Below, in pieces: positions 14,542-27,960 of a stretch of DNA of 64,000 nt; position 1 is the first letter of the stretch; every line of letters begins with the position of its first letter. The DNA comes from Eledone cirrhosa (lineage: Eukaryota), in contig OZ024742.1 in assembly GCA_964016885.1 (NCBI GenBank), positions 155,496,001-155,560,000 on the forward strand, written 5' to 3'. A program made the translations under genes and the position numbers. The notes beneath the pieces are model-generated. The model worked only from the letters and a program-made list of their open reading frames with translations. It made no database searches and had not been told where the DNA came from.

Positions 14542-16912
14542 TAGTAATTCTTAATGTGTATTTACGCTGTTTTTGTTTCATTATATTGATGTATTTGCTT
14601 TTACGCCATTATGGGGAAATATATAACCTAGTTAATACGAACAAAACCTACAATCGTCCCCCATCTTTGCTCTTGATATTAGAATTATTAGAGGCCGATC
14701 GATAGTCATTTTGGCAGTCCTCCACACAAGCATAGAGACAAAGCCTAAACAGTAGATGTAGTGAAAGTAGTATAGGATAAAGAGATAATACACGAATCTA
14801 TGAATATGCATTGTATGACGATAGAATTGCTTGGGCGCATTTGTAGTTCAATTTGATATTCTTGTTGTTTTGTTGTTGTTTTTGTTGAATGTTTTATTTC
14901 TCAACTTTGACTTTATAACGCACGCCTTCAAAGTGGGTGAGTCATGTAACGACCTAGGACATTGTGTTGCCTCACTCGAACTGATTAAATTAATAAAAAG
15001 ATACACCAGATAGTATAGATTGGTAAGGGAATAATGATATTGATGATGATTAGTAAGTTATGAGAATGTATGTTGGGAATCAGTTACTGCTAGAATAATG
15101 CAGAGTAAAGCGAGGAGGATGAGATACGAATGAGTCACTAAATGGCAGTTGAGATTTGTTAATGTGGCTTGTAACGTTCAAGCTTATCCAACTGGAAAAT
15201 TTAAGTTGATTTCAGTTTCGGATGAATTGTAGCTGAAATTATGAATAATCCATATTAGTAGATGTATCCAATCGAGAAATATAACATTGACATATTTGTC
15301 CCTTTAACAAAATATATTTTCTCCCAATCTTTTTCTCACTATTTATTTCTGATTCCTCTCTGTCGCTCACTCTCTCTCTCTCTCTTGCTCTCTCTCTCTC
15401 TCTCTATTTCTCTCTCTCTCACACACATTTTGCGTATCTCTTCCCCTTTGCTCTCTCTCATTTTCTATCATCCTCAGATGCTTATACTGAAATCTCACTG
15501 CAGTATCCTTCATATGTGTGTCTCTCAACTCAACCTAGTTTATATATATTGACAAAATATGCTGTCTCTGAACGAGACGAAACGAGAACGTATTGGAATA
15601 CATATAACAATAAAACAAATCATCGCTCCAACAGACATTAAAACAACGAAATACTTTCAAAGACAGTGATGGGCAAAAATACCTCAGAGGACAAAGACCC
15701 ACACCTAGTGACAATACACAACATGGGTGATAATCATATGAAACAACGAAAATATTGAAAGAGGAGGACAAGAAGGAGCGTACAGGAATGACAGGATAAA
15801 CGAAACAAACTATGGCGATGAACTTTTGTAATGATCATTTTCATGGTCATCAAATAGTTCTCAAAACGCGTCCTTGTGTAATAAAAATCATATGTTTTGG
15901 TCTCAATTTTATTACGAATTTTCTAGAATTTCGTACTTGAGGAAATGCCGTGTATCATTACCACAATGGATATCTAATATGTATATAGCTCATTTGTATA
16001 CATTGATCTGCAAATACGGCCATAAGCATTTTGAATACAAAGCCATGCAGCGTCAAGTGTTTCCTTCTTGTTACATCAGCTACATGGAATCGTATGTTGT
16101 CTTCATGATATGAGATCCTTTGAATCGACTATATATGACTTCGACGAAGTATTTTCCTCCGACATCACGTCAACATAAGAATTCATTGTTTATTATAGAT
16201 TTACATTTCACACGTCTTTGGTATATCTGTTTTCGATTAATTTCCGCTGCCTTGTTAAGGAAAATAACTCAATTTATTCATGTACGTCACTAATGCACTT
16301 GTATAACCAGAAGATCGAAACGTTTGCACAATAACGTATTAAGTGACAACATTTTACTGTAATCAAGCAACATTGATAGAGAATATTTGTATATGTGCAT
16401 CACCAAGGAAACTTACCCTTACGATACATGACGAAACATCAAAGAATCATGTGTAGCTATATACACACTTTAGTAAGAGTTTACAAATTAAAGTCTAAGA
16501 TTAGAAAATTAAAATTATTCATATTATCTAGATTGTTATCATTCCATACACATACATACAGGGCAACACACATATATATCCCAGAAACGATCGTAAAATG
16601 ATGATTCTTTCAATATAAGGAACCTGTTATTGTTTTCATTTCATTGTTTTTATTAATTTATCTTGACTTTGTTTTCCTATGATTTTTTATCGTTAAATTT
16701 TGAATGCATTTTCTCTGTTCATGATGTATTCTATATTTGTAATACATTGAGTTCTTCATACGGATTGGACACTACTGTTTATTTTGGTAGATATATCTAC
16801 ACACACACACAGACACACACACACATACACACACACGCACACACACACATACACACACACATTTTTTTATATATATATATATATATATAGTCTTCAAATT
16901 TATTATTATTAC

Positions 16913-16939
<27 letters not shown>

Positions 16940-16952
<13 letters not shown>

Positions 16953-18545
16953 TAGAATGAATAATATATAAAGAATGAATAATAACAAATGTTTGCACGG
17001 TGGTACTACAGCCTAGTTATGCTATGTGCAAATGTACAAGTATTTGCAGAATTAAAATATCCAATGCTGTGACCACTGTATCCTCAGAGCAGAATGGTAA
17101 AATGTACAATGTAAATACCGTTAAGTGGGGTTGTTGGGGAAGATAGAGTAGAAAAGGAAGAGAGAAAAGTAGGGGAGAGAGAGAGAGAAAGATATGCAGG
17201 GGTTGGAGAAGTAGGAGAGAGTGGTTTGTAGATATCTTAATCAAAATGTTATGGTAGGTGTTTTCTTATACTGGTTAATTTTGGAGAGATGCGTTGATAG
17301 TTAAGGTCGGAATTAGTTATTGACCCAGAGAGCAGGTTCATAGATGTGGAGAGGGAGGTAGGCCAAAGGCGAGAGAGAGAGAGTGTAATGGATGTAGAGA
17401 GAGAGGTAGAGAGGGGACAGACGAAGTTTATGTGGTGAGTGAACTTTAGATTTGTCGTAGTAATCTATGAATTGCACTGAGTTACCATTTATAGTGATAA
17501 GCAGTGTATTGTCTTGTAGTGTGGGGGAAGAGAAGGTGGTTAGCTAGAAGGCGATGTTATAGTTACGGGTTCGAATGTTAAGTTATTTTATAGTGAGAGA
17601 ATTTAGCTTTTAGTTTTTGGTTGCAGTATGATTATCGTTCAATTCTATCGTTAAGTATTTTGTTTTTGGATTTTAATATGTAAAAGAGTTCAAGGTTTCA
17701 TAACCTGCAGTACTTCAATCCACTCCGATATGCACTTGCGCTGGAAAGTATATCCCATTTTAAGGGGAACTGTTGGTTGTGTTCACGGAGTTGCCAGGTC
17801 TTGTTGGCGAGCGTGGTCACAAAACGGTGATTAGGATGTTTCATTGAGAATCGACGACGGTACCAGCGAGATTTAAACGAGGTGGTGGTAGATCCGATAT
17901 AATACCATTTCTGGTCGTTCGATTCAACCGTGCATTGGTAAACAATGTTGGACTTTAGGCATTCATTCTTCAATGGACATCTTTCAGGTAGATGGCAGTT
18001 ACATTCTTTGTTGTGGGTAGCGGGTATACCATGGATAGGTTGTGATAGCGGTACATGTGGATTGTGTAATACCCGTCTCCCATGCTTTGTTTTGTAGAGT
18101 TGTTTAATTGCCTTAAGTTAAGTTTTTTTATGTATGCTTCAATGTTTGGTGCCGTGGTGTATGATAGTCTAATAGTTTTAGAGTTCAGAATGTTGCTGTA
18201 TTTATGGGAACTAGGGAAATGTTTGTTGATTAACTTAAAGAATGAAAGAGATAGTTTTGTACTAATCGAGGCATTAAAAATAGGATTGTGCCAGATATAC
18301 TTTCTACAACGTGATTTATTTGGTGTTGATTTTCTATTATTAGTATGTCTGGTAGTACTGTGTGTGTGCGCTTGTATTTTAGTCCCCCGGTTACGTATTC
18401 CTTGATTTCGTGCAGAGCTATGTGTGTTATGGAAATTCCTATCAATGTATTCTATTGTATCCCGGTGGACGGCATTCCTTAATGTATTATTGTAGTATTC
18501 AGCGTGTTCACTAAAAATATCAGAGTTAGACGATAGGCGAGAGAT
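16940..18545 (-). mobile_element. 5'-truncated Naiad-like Penelope-like retroelement (RT thumb/linker, GIY-YIG, 3' UTR)
   Basis: Minus strand from 18545 reads ISRLSSNSDIFSEHAEYYNNTLRN...RKYIWHNPIFNASISTKLSLSFFKLINKHFPSSHKYSNILNSKTIRLSYTTAPNI. After a frameshift it continues CNCHLPERCPLKNECLKSNIVYQCTV...YYIGSTTTSFKSRW...LKWDILSSASAYRSGLKYCRL*NLELFYILKSKNKILNDRIE..YCN.K. Confidence 0.9.
17578..18545 (-). pseudogene. PLE RT-thumb/GIY-YIG endonuclease ORF remnant
   Basis: IVY...YIG GIY-YIG motif preceded by CxC(x5)C and followed by CxxC...CxH; one frameshift and two in-frame stops. Confidence 0.85.
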
Positions 18546-18547
18546 AT

Positions 18548-19430
18548 ATATTAAAATCCAAAAAAAACTACTTAACGATAGAATTGACGATCATTATACT
18601 GCAACCACAAACTAAAAGCTAACTTCTCTCACTATAAAATAACTTAACATTAGAACCCGTAACTATGACATCGCTTTCTTGCTAACCACCTTCTCTTCCC
18701 CCACACTGCAAGACAATACACTGCTTATCACTGTAAATGGTAACTCAGTGCAATTCGTAGATTACTACTACAAGCCCAAACTTCACTCACCACATAAACT
18801 TCGTCTGTCCCCTCTCTACCTCTCTCTCTCTACATCCATTACACTCTCTCGCCTTTGGCCTACCTCCCTCTCCACATCTATGAACCTCCTCTCTGGGGCA
18901 ATAAATAATTCCGACCTTAACTATCAACGCATCTCTCCAAAAGTAACTAGTATAATAAAACCCCTACCATAACATTTTGATTAAGATATCTACAAACCAC
19001 TCTCTCCTACTTCTCCAACCCCTGCATATCTTTCTCTCTCACTCCCTCTCCCCTACTTTTCTGTCTTCCTTTTCTACTCTATCTTCCCCAACAACCCCAC
19101 TTAAGGGTATTTACATTGTACATTTTACCATTCTGCTCTGAGGATACAGTGGTCACAGCATTGGATATTTGAGTTCTGCAAATACTTGTAAATTTGCACA
19201 ACTAGGCTGTAGTACCACCGTGGAAACATTTGTAAGCACACGGAATAAATTACCTTTTTATGATGTCTACCTGTTATTATTCATTCTTTCTATACACTCT
19301 GGAATACAGAAGGATCAGGAACTAAATTTCTTCAACAATTCTTCCATAACTCGTAGAGTAACCTCTTACCGTACGTCAAACATAGCCAGTGTAGTAATTA
19401 ACCATTACTACATCTTGGATAATCCTATAC

Positions 19431-19436
<6 letters not shown>
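18548..19436 (+). mobile_element. Inverted duplicate of the 3' end and UTR of the same PLE
   Basis: 18548-19292 is the reverse complement of about 16940-17683; it continues to a (TA)n tract at 19435. Confidence 0.9.
19134..19238 (+). ncRNA. Type I hammerhead in the 3' UTR of the Naiad-like PLE
   Basis: tgct CTGAGGA t-acagtggt-cacagc...gctgt-agt-accaccgt-g GAAA catttg TA agca. The minus-strand copy (about 16985-17092) has CAAA and a deletion after the cleavage site. Confidence 0.72.
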
Positions 19437-19476
<40 letters not shown>

Positions 19477-19572
19477 GTATAGGATTATCCAAGATGTAGT
19501 AATGGTTAATATATATATATATTTATCCTTATCGAGCCCTCTTTGGATTTTATTCTTCACATTTATTATTAT

Positions 19573-19611
<39 letters not shown>

Positions 19612-19706
19612 TATAGTGTCACCCCACTGTTGATCAATATGCGCATATGTTTTATGTGTCTCTTGGGTTGAAAAGGAGGTCAAGTATGTTATAGATCAGT
19701 AAATAG

Positions 19707-19755
19707 TTGCTCCGAAGAATCCAAACCTCGGTTTAGAGGAAACAATTGTAAGCAA
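19707..19755 (+). ncRNA. Hammerhead motif with variant core CCGAAGA
   Basis: ttgct CCGAAGA at-ccaaacc-tc-ggtttag-ag GAAA caattg TA agcaa; palindromic stem III ACAATTGT. Confidence 0.6.
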
Positions 19756-19809
19756 ATAAATGACTTAAACTGAACTTTGATTATTGTAATCTCTATACTT
19801 ATATATATA

Positions 19810-20245
19810 TATATAGTAATAATAATAAATGTGAAGAATAAAATCCAAAGAGGGCTCGATAAGGATAAATATATATATATATAAGAACCCTCGAGCAAAT
19901 ATATATATATATATGTATATATATAGTAATAATAATACATTTGAAGACTAACATCCAAAGAGAGCTCGATAAGGATAAATATATATATATATATATATAT
20001 AAGAACCCTCGAGCAAATATATATATATATATATGTATATATATAGTAATAATAATACATTTGAAGACTAAATTCCAAAGAGAGCTCGATAAGGAAAAAT
20101 ATATATCAAATATATAAGAACCGTAGAGCAAATATTTATTAAAATAACAGATTACAGTTTAAGCAAATAATCGCTGCTTTCACCACTAACGGGATCTTCG
20201 GAAACTAACAAAGACAATCTGTAAACGCAGAAGTGAATAATTAAA
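19810..20245 (-). repeat. Family K short element with tandemly amplified 3' end (about 105-120 bp units)
   Basis: Three units of tagtaataataat..tgaaga..ccaaagag.gctcgataagga..aagaaccc separated by (TA)n. Related copies at 19520-19578, 37495-37625 and 57395-57613. Confidence 0.75.
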
Positions 20246-20291
20246 AAAATGCATATATAAACACACTTACACTTACACACATATACACATA

Positions 20292-20329
<38 letters not shown>

Positions 20330-20343
20330 TATACACACGCAGA

Positions 20344-20417
<74 letters not shown>

Positions 20418-20452
20418 ATATAAGATCAAAAGATGGTTAAAAGAGTTCCAAG

Positions 20453-20523
20453 TATTTTATTATGCGCATTTCAAAAACAAATACCATCATGAGATGATAT
20501 CTGCGTTTTCATCAGTTAAAATA
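20453..20523 (-). ncRNA. Type I hammerhead motif (family B)
   Basis: Reverse complement: tattttaa CTGATGA aaacgcagatatca...tggtatttgttttt GAAA tgcgca TA ataaaata. Confidence 0.7.
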
Positions 20524-20628
20524 GGGATACATGATATGAAGGTTAAAAAACACTTGTGAATAGTGAAGTTTTAAATCAATATATAGATATTTGCTTTATT
20601 GTACTACAATAAAACTCACCTCCTACAC

Positions 20629-20669
<41 letters not shown>

Positions 20670-21121
20670 GGTTATTGAAACATCAATACGGACTTTTCTT
20701 CTGCTTTCTTTCTGTCTTTCTTTTTGTAGCTTGACATTAATGGTGAATTTTCTTCTTCTTCCTTTCCTTCCTTTTTCTTTCAGTGTTTTTTCTTGTAGCA
20801 AGACATTAACGCTGACTTGTCTTCCTGTTCTTTTCTGTTTTTCTTCTATTTGACTGGGAGATTAGTACCACCCTATAGGCTTTAGCCCCCCTCACCAGAT
20901 AGCCTTAAGTAGAACGAATAGCCAGCACTTGAGGGCGACCGGTTAAAGTGGAGGATGCTAGATTGGCGGTCGTCTTCGGATCTATGATTTTATCTATTAC
21001 ATTCTTTTATTATATTTCGAATACCTGATATCACCAGATTCATACGGAACCCGGTCATTGAAATGATCATAGTATAATAAACGTTTCAAGGTTTTACATA
21101 AGTCCAGCCTCCTGTTATTTT

Positions 21122-21154
<33 letters not shown>

Positions 21155-21179
21155 ATGTATAAAAATCAATACAATATAA

Positions 21180-21255
21180 TTACCTCATTACCAGAGGTTT
21201 CCCGAATGAGGCGAATACGAAAGAAACGTCTTCATTCGTTCGTCAGACGAGGCAA
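21180..21255 (-). ncRNA. Type I hammerhead (inverted arm copy)
   Basis: Same motif as 24129-24204, with a fully paired 9-bp stem I ttgcctcgt/atgaggtaa (G-U allowed). Confidence 0.78.
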
Positions 21256-22002
21256 TATAAAACATGGGTAAATACTTGGAAAGTCTCGTCAAGAAAATCA
21301 AAAAAAGATATAGACAAATGAATTAGGAATTGAAATATATAAAAATCTATCAATAAATATAGTTAGGTGTGTGTATATGTATACATATATGCTCACAGAT
21401 GTGCATATATGTGTATGCACACATGTATACGTATAGTAAAAAAGTGTGCGTAAATATAAAATTTAGGGCAAATGTATCTGTATGTATGTAATCTACAGAC
21501 AGAATAGATACATCATAAAAAATTAAATATGAAGGCGCGCGCATAAACACACCTACACACACGTACACTTAGATGCGGAAGTAAAAGAGGTAAGGGAGTG
21601 TAATAATTAAAGGGAAGTATCAATCTCGATATATTTATAAAAATGGAACAATAAAATAGAAAGAAAAAAATGTTTAGAAAGAAAAAATTAAAGAAAAGAA
21701 GACAAAAAAGGGGTACATACATACACACACACGCATATCTCACAAAAGAAACGCAAAAATATACATGCTTATATACACACGCACACTTACACATCCATAC
21801 GTTCGATACGTACATACACACACAAACAACACTCATACTTACACTCACGCATATTGACCTGTTTGCATGCACACGCATAAAAATGAGTAAGTAGAAAAAA
21901 GGGGGGGAGGAGAAAAAAGGAACAAAACATAAAACTTAGATGTCAAAACACGGATATAAAGACACATGCACATACGCATAATATATACATACACACACAC
22001 AC

Positions 22003-22071
<69 letters not shown>

Positions 22072-22705
22072 CACGCGCGCGCACATACGTAGTCGCTCAT
22101 GCACATATATAGAAAGTATACACACATTAAGGCGTTCAGCCATATTGATACAGGGTGTAAAAAACTTGTGGATAAGTAAGTACAAATATAAAATTGTAAG
22201 ATTGGCTGCGCAAAAATAAAAAAATAAATAAAAATAAAAATGAAAAATATATCTGGATTGGAAAACACAAATGACAATTATAATCACTTTGTGAAGGAAA
22301 AAGGGAAGTAAAAAAAAAAGGGGGGGGGATAAAAAAATGGAAAGTGAATCGGAGAATAAAGGGGGGGGGTGTTTATGAATGTGAAGTAAAAATAAAAATA
22401 AAAATGAAAATAAATGAAATTAATGACAAGGATAAAAATGAAAGTAAGTCAGAAAGGGTAATTAAAAAGAGAATAATAAGAGTTTATGGAGGATAAGTAT
22501 CTGAAAGTGTGTTAAGTTTATATGAGCTGGAAAGTAGGTGTGATTTCATGTGTGGGCAACTGGTGAAAATTTCCGTCTTTGTGTTCAGGCAGGTCTTTGG
22601 TGATTTTAGATTTTGCAATATCCAATATTTTTCATTTATGCAGAGCGTGCATTTTCTTTTTATCTAGCATATCTTTTAGATTGGTTCAAAATTGACCAAT
22701 CTAAT

Positions 22706-22927
22706 TTATATTGGTCAATTTTGAACCAATCTAAAAAATATGCTAGTGGAACAAGAAAATGCACGCTCTGCATAAATGAAAACTATTGGATATTGCAAAA
22801 TCTAAAATCACCAAAGACCTGCCTGAACACAAAGACGGAAATGTTCACCAGTTGCCGACACATGAAATCACACCTGCTTTCCAGCTCATATAAACTTAAC
22901 ACACTTTCAGATACTTATCCTCCATAA
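22706..22927 (+). pseudogene. C-terminus of Naiad-like GIY-YIG/Zn-finger domain
   Basis: LYWSILNQSKKYASGTRKCTLCINENYWILQNLKSPKTCLNTKTEMFTSCRHMKSHLL: the W.IL...Y...CxxC..E..I...LN...E...CRH pattern, parallel to that at about 17600-17760. Confidence 0.85.
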
Positions 22928-23331
22928 ACTCTTATTATTCTCTTTTTAATTACCCTTTCTGACTTACTTTCATTTTTATCCTTGTCATTAATGTCATTTA
23001 TTTTTATTTTTATTTTTACTTCACATCCATAACCCCCCCCCCTTTATTCTCCGATTCCCTTTCCATTTTTTTATCCCCCCCCCCTTTTTTTACTTCCCTT
23101 TTTCCTTCACTAACTGATTATAATTGTCATTTGTGTTTTCCAATCCAGATATATTTTTCATTTTTATTTTTATTTATTTTTTTTATTTTTGCGCAGCCAA
23201 TCTTACAATTTTATATTTGTACTTACTTATCCACAAGTTTTTTACACCCTGTATCAATATGGCTGAACGCCTTAATGTGTGTATACTTTCTATATATGTG
23301 CATGAGCGACTAGGTATGTGCGCGCGCGTGC

Positions 23332-23401
<70 letters not shown>

Positions 23402-24128
23402 GTGTGTGTGTGTATGTATATATTATGCGTATGTGCATGTGTCTTTATATCCGTGTTTTGACATCTAAGTTTTATGTTTTGTTCCTTTTTTCTTCTCCCC
23501 CCTTTTTTATACTTACTCATTTTTATGCGTGTGCATGCAAACAGGTCAATATGCGTGAGTGTAAGTATGAGTGTTGTGTGTGTGTGTATGTACGTATCGA
23601 ACGTATGGATGTGTAAGTGTGCGTGTGTATATAAGCATGTATATTTTTGCGTTTCTTTTGTGAGATATGCGTGTGTGTGTATGTATGTACCCTTTTTTGT
23701 CTTCTTTTCTTTAATTTTTTCTTTCTAAAAACTTTTTTCTTTCTATTTTATTGTTCCATTTTTATAAATATATCGAGATTGATACTTCCCTTTAATTATT
23801 ACACTCCCTTACCTCTTTTACTTCCGCATCTAAGTATACGTGTGTGTAGGTGTGTTTATGCGCGCGCCTTCATATTTAATTTTTTATGATGTATCTATTC
23901 TGTCTGTAGATTACAGACATACAGATACATTTGCCCTAAATTTACGCACATACGTATACATGTGTGCATACACATATATGCACATCTGTGAGCATATATA
24001 TATACATATACACACACCTAACTATATTTCTTGATAGATGTGTATATATTTCAATTTCTAATTCATTTGTCTATATCTTTTTTTGATTTTCTTGACGAGA
24101 CTTTCCAAGTATTTACCCATGTTTTATA

Positions 24129-24204
24129 TTGCCTCGTCTGACGAACGAATGAAGACGTTTCTTTCGTATTCGCCTCATTCGGGAAACCTCTGGTAATTAG
24201 GTAA
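24129..24204 (+). ncRNA. Type I hammerhead near PLE 3' end
   Basis: ttgcctcgt CTGACGA ac-gaatga...tcattc-gg GAAA cctctgg TA attaggtaa. Confidence 0.75.
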
Positions 24205-24305
24205 CTATATTGTATTTATTTTTATACATAAAATTTTGCTCTGATACTTACATAGAGCACTCTTCACTTCTATGACCTTTTCTGTTTCCAACGGAAATGT
24301 CAATA

Positions 24306-24364
<59 letters not shown>

Positions 24365-24369
<5 letters not shown>

Positions 24370-24580
24370 GAAATGTAAGCTACCGCCGTATTTTGACTAA
24401 AGAAATTAGAGGAATTATTTTCCCATATAGGTCAATAATTATCTTTTTCCATTTCTCAGAGGGTTCTTAACCCCACTATTAGGCTAAATAATTTCTTTAA
24501 TTTCATTAGTAAAAATACAGCGATAGCTTACATTTCTATTAATTTCAAACCCACTCGCTGTTTCGAATATATTCTTACAT
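24365..24580. repeat. Short fold-back element between (TA)n tracts
   Basis: 24368-24421 is inverted relative to 24487-24540; related copy at 7231-7350. Confidence 0.7.
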
Positions 24581-24599
24581 CTCTCTCTCTCTCTATATA

Positions 24600-24658
<59 letters not shown>

Positions 24659-27600
24659 TTCTCATTCCGTTACCTTAGCACGATGCTTACCAATGTGGTT
24701 ACTATAGCATTCAGCTCCTATCCATGACTCATTTATATACAGTATATCTTTGCATCAACGGTAATACAGTAAAGCGCCTTTTAAAACGAGTGGTAGAAAT
24801 TGATCCAATCCAAACAAGAGAACGGCTAGGAAAAAAGAAAGCGAGATCTCATATACAAAATAATAATAATAATAATAATAGGATGCGCGAAATAAAATTC
24901 GTTGGACACAGTATAGTTATCATATAATGATAGTTTAGATGCATCGGATGGCCGAGTGACTGAAGATGGACGTTTTCATTTCTGATTCCATTCAATGGAA
25001 TAGATATAATGAATAGATAACTATAATATCTGCAATGCTAGCAGTATAGCATTGATAAATGAAAATATAAATAAAATAAAAAATAGAAAAAAAGACAATA
25101 AAACAATGCACAGCCATATGCCAGGAATGTTGATAAATGCTCATTGGCTGTAATAAGACAAGCATACGTTCGTACAAACACCACATTTCTTGGTAGACAC
25201 ACATTTTCATATGTATATATTTTGTTTAGCAGATATTTATACTCACACAAATAAATATGAATACACATGCTGATAAGATCTATCGATAATCGTAATATAA
25301 GACATAGTTCGCATGCCGATATCTCCTGACTGATATGTATCAATTTAGTTTAGATTTGAATATTATTTCTTAGATCTTATAACCCAAGAACACTCGACGG
25401 AAAGTTTTATCAGTTGTTGCTTTCCGAATTCATCGTTTGGATTTCAAATAATGTCGGAATCATTATAATTACTGCACTTTCTTTCAACACAATTATTTTG
25501 TATTGCAAAGTGAGGGCAGTTGGAGATTTATAAGTATCTGTGTGTCTGTTACAATGCTATATTAAATGCTTTGCTTAATATGGATTTTAAATTATTCGGT
25601 ATTGTGATAAATATCAAAATCTATGAGAATGTTTAGTGGAGTTTATGAATTTATCCTCAATTGTGTCTTCTCCATGTATTAGCAACATTGGGAACTATGT
25701 TACATACACACTCTGGTAAACGGCAATGATCAGCAGTGAGATAGATTATAACGATAACATGAATACTAGAAATGTTGAATTAGGCCAGCGCCTATTAATC
25801 AGAAATATGGTCGAAACTTTTTCTAGTTATCAAAATATCTCCCCAATGTGGCATGATGCTTTGAATAAAATATGTCTGGATTATTGTTGTTAGTTACATC
25901 CTGAAGATGGTAGAGAAATGAATTTGATATAGAACGTGTTTCGCATGTTAACATTATTTGTTGATAAATAGCAACTGCAGATAATTGAAGTAGACTGATG
26001 TATATTAAAACCCATATTAGTAAATATTGTTGTCTACAGTGTAACTCGTATTAAACTCCCATGAGTTACCTAAACTCCATGCATATTTAACTCATTATAT
26101 TGTACCTATCGATATCCAATTGTATGTTATGTCATCCGTGATACGTGTAGAGTTGGTAATAACTCAGTCTAATTTGGAAATGTATATTGACTTAATAGAG
26201 GACACCACAATAACCGAACATCAATTCGAAATTAAAGAGACAACAGTCGACAAGTTTATATATTTTATCGTACATACAAAACATAGAAATACGTTTATAG
26301 TGTATTTAAAGCTTTATAATTATCGTTTTTATTATTAGCTATGGTAATTATAATAGATATGTATAACACAAGCTAATTTGCTTTGAGCTAAAACAATGGA
26401 ATTCTACTAAAATATTTGTTTTTGACGTACAATGTCTCCTCTTCAAAGATTTTTAAAGATCTATAATTACAACATACATTGGTATTTGTTAGATGAAACA
26501 AATCTATTATGATATTAGCCATGGGAAATAACATGAATAATATGGAGATCATATTAAATAATTTATCTAAAAGTCTAACACTTGAATACTTTGCAATTCA
26601 TTCATACTAACATTGCATTTCTTAATTTCATTGAATATCGGTCACAGCATGAATGGTTAATAAAGATTCATCAGTACTAGACACCTAATTAATTATTAAT
26701 TATATACATAAGCTGTAAATATAGAAGTACTAAACAGTATATAACATAGTCAGCTGGACTGTGCAAATAGGAGTTAATTGTGGAGATAGTGCTGGCAAAT
26801 TTGCGAATCTAACTTGTTAGAAAATTAATAAATTTCGCACGGATTTTCTTCTAACGTGTCATGTTGAAACATCTTTTCCACATATGTCTCAATTGTTCAG
26901 CATTACACATTAACCTATATGTTCCTTCAAATTGAATGTAACTATAGTTTAAGACGAAGTAAAATCCAACAATATTGGCGTTTACATTTCATTTACGACT
27001 TACAATGAGCATAGTTAACTGTATATCGTATTTTACGTTGATACTATAGACTTTTGCGATAAATTAAAAATGTGCCGTGTGTCTTTCCTTAAGAGTAAGG
27101 TAGGAATAATGAAACATTGAAATTGAGTTAATTTGTAGCAAGTCTCACATAATTACAACCTTAAGAATGTATAGCTATAAAATGTTGTTTCATGTTAATA
27201 AATATTTAAATTGACCTCTGACATAGCAGGGACATAGAATAATTCCCTACATATTAATGTCCACCAAAATGGACGAATCTAAAACATAAACATAGGAAAA
27301 AGCGAGATCCAATCATTTATCTAACTGAATGAATTATATGACACGCACACAGCTAGAAATACTAAGAATGTCTAGGAATAGGGAGCATTAATAGATATTC
27401 GGAGAATGATAGTTGATAAAAGTAGAACATTGACTAAGAATTTAGCACACACACACAAACACGCACAAACACAAACACACATTAACACACAAACAATATC
27501 GCAGACACATATTCACCCACAATACTGCGGACATACAAAGAAACACATAATGATATATACAACATGACATTGGGCATTTTGTAGGATAATTTCTTTTCCT

Positions 27601-27861
27601 GTAAGAGAGATGGAGGTGAGATTGTATATTTGTGTGGAAACGAGTGCGAAAACGTTATTTCAGATAAAGAAGGAAAAGTGAGTGTTGGAAAGATTGTTGT
27701 GAAACAATGGATCTTACAAAGATGGCTATGATGAACGAAACATACAAAAATAACAAATCTGTGACAGTTGACTGGATACACAATATTCTTGCTAACGTAA
27801 ATCCTATCTATATCGCACAAAACATCGAAATATAAGTGAGAGGACGTGGAAATGTGTCACT

Positions 27862-27905
27862 GTAGTAGTAGTATGAATAGTAGTGGCATTACTATTAGTA
27901 GTAGC

Positions 27906-27952
<47 letters not shown>

Positions 27953-27960
27953 TAGTTGTA
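27862..27960 (+). repeat. (TAG)n microsatellite
   Basis: Direct reading. Confidence 0.9.

Larger units (their letters stand above)
21155..24306. mobile_element. About 3.1-kb palindrome made of two head-to-head 3' ends of a Naiad-like PLE
   Basis: Arm 21155-22700 is the reverse complement of 22710-24229 (9-nt loop); both ends abut (TA)n. Confidence 0.92.

Noticed and set aside
18650-18740. SECIS element after the PLE stop (ATGA...AA)
   Set aside because: Could not form the required helix with a 3' GA quartet by eye.
19810-20135. Repeat-spacer pattern resembling a CRISPR array
   Set aside because: Eukaryotic context, the spacers are (TA)n, the units are tandem copies of a TE end, and there are no cas genes.
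25901-25960. CTGAAGA as another hammerhead (also CTGAGGA at 33221)
   Set aside because: No GAAA/stem III/stem I partner found.
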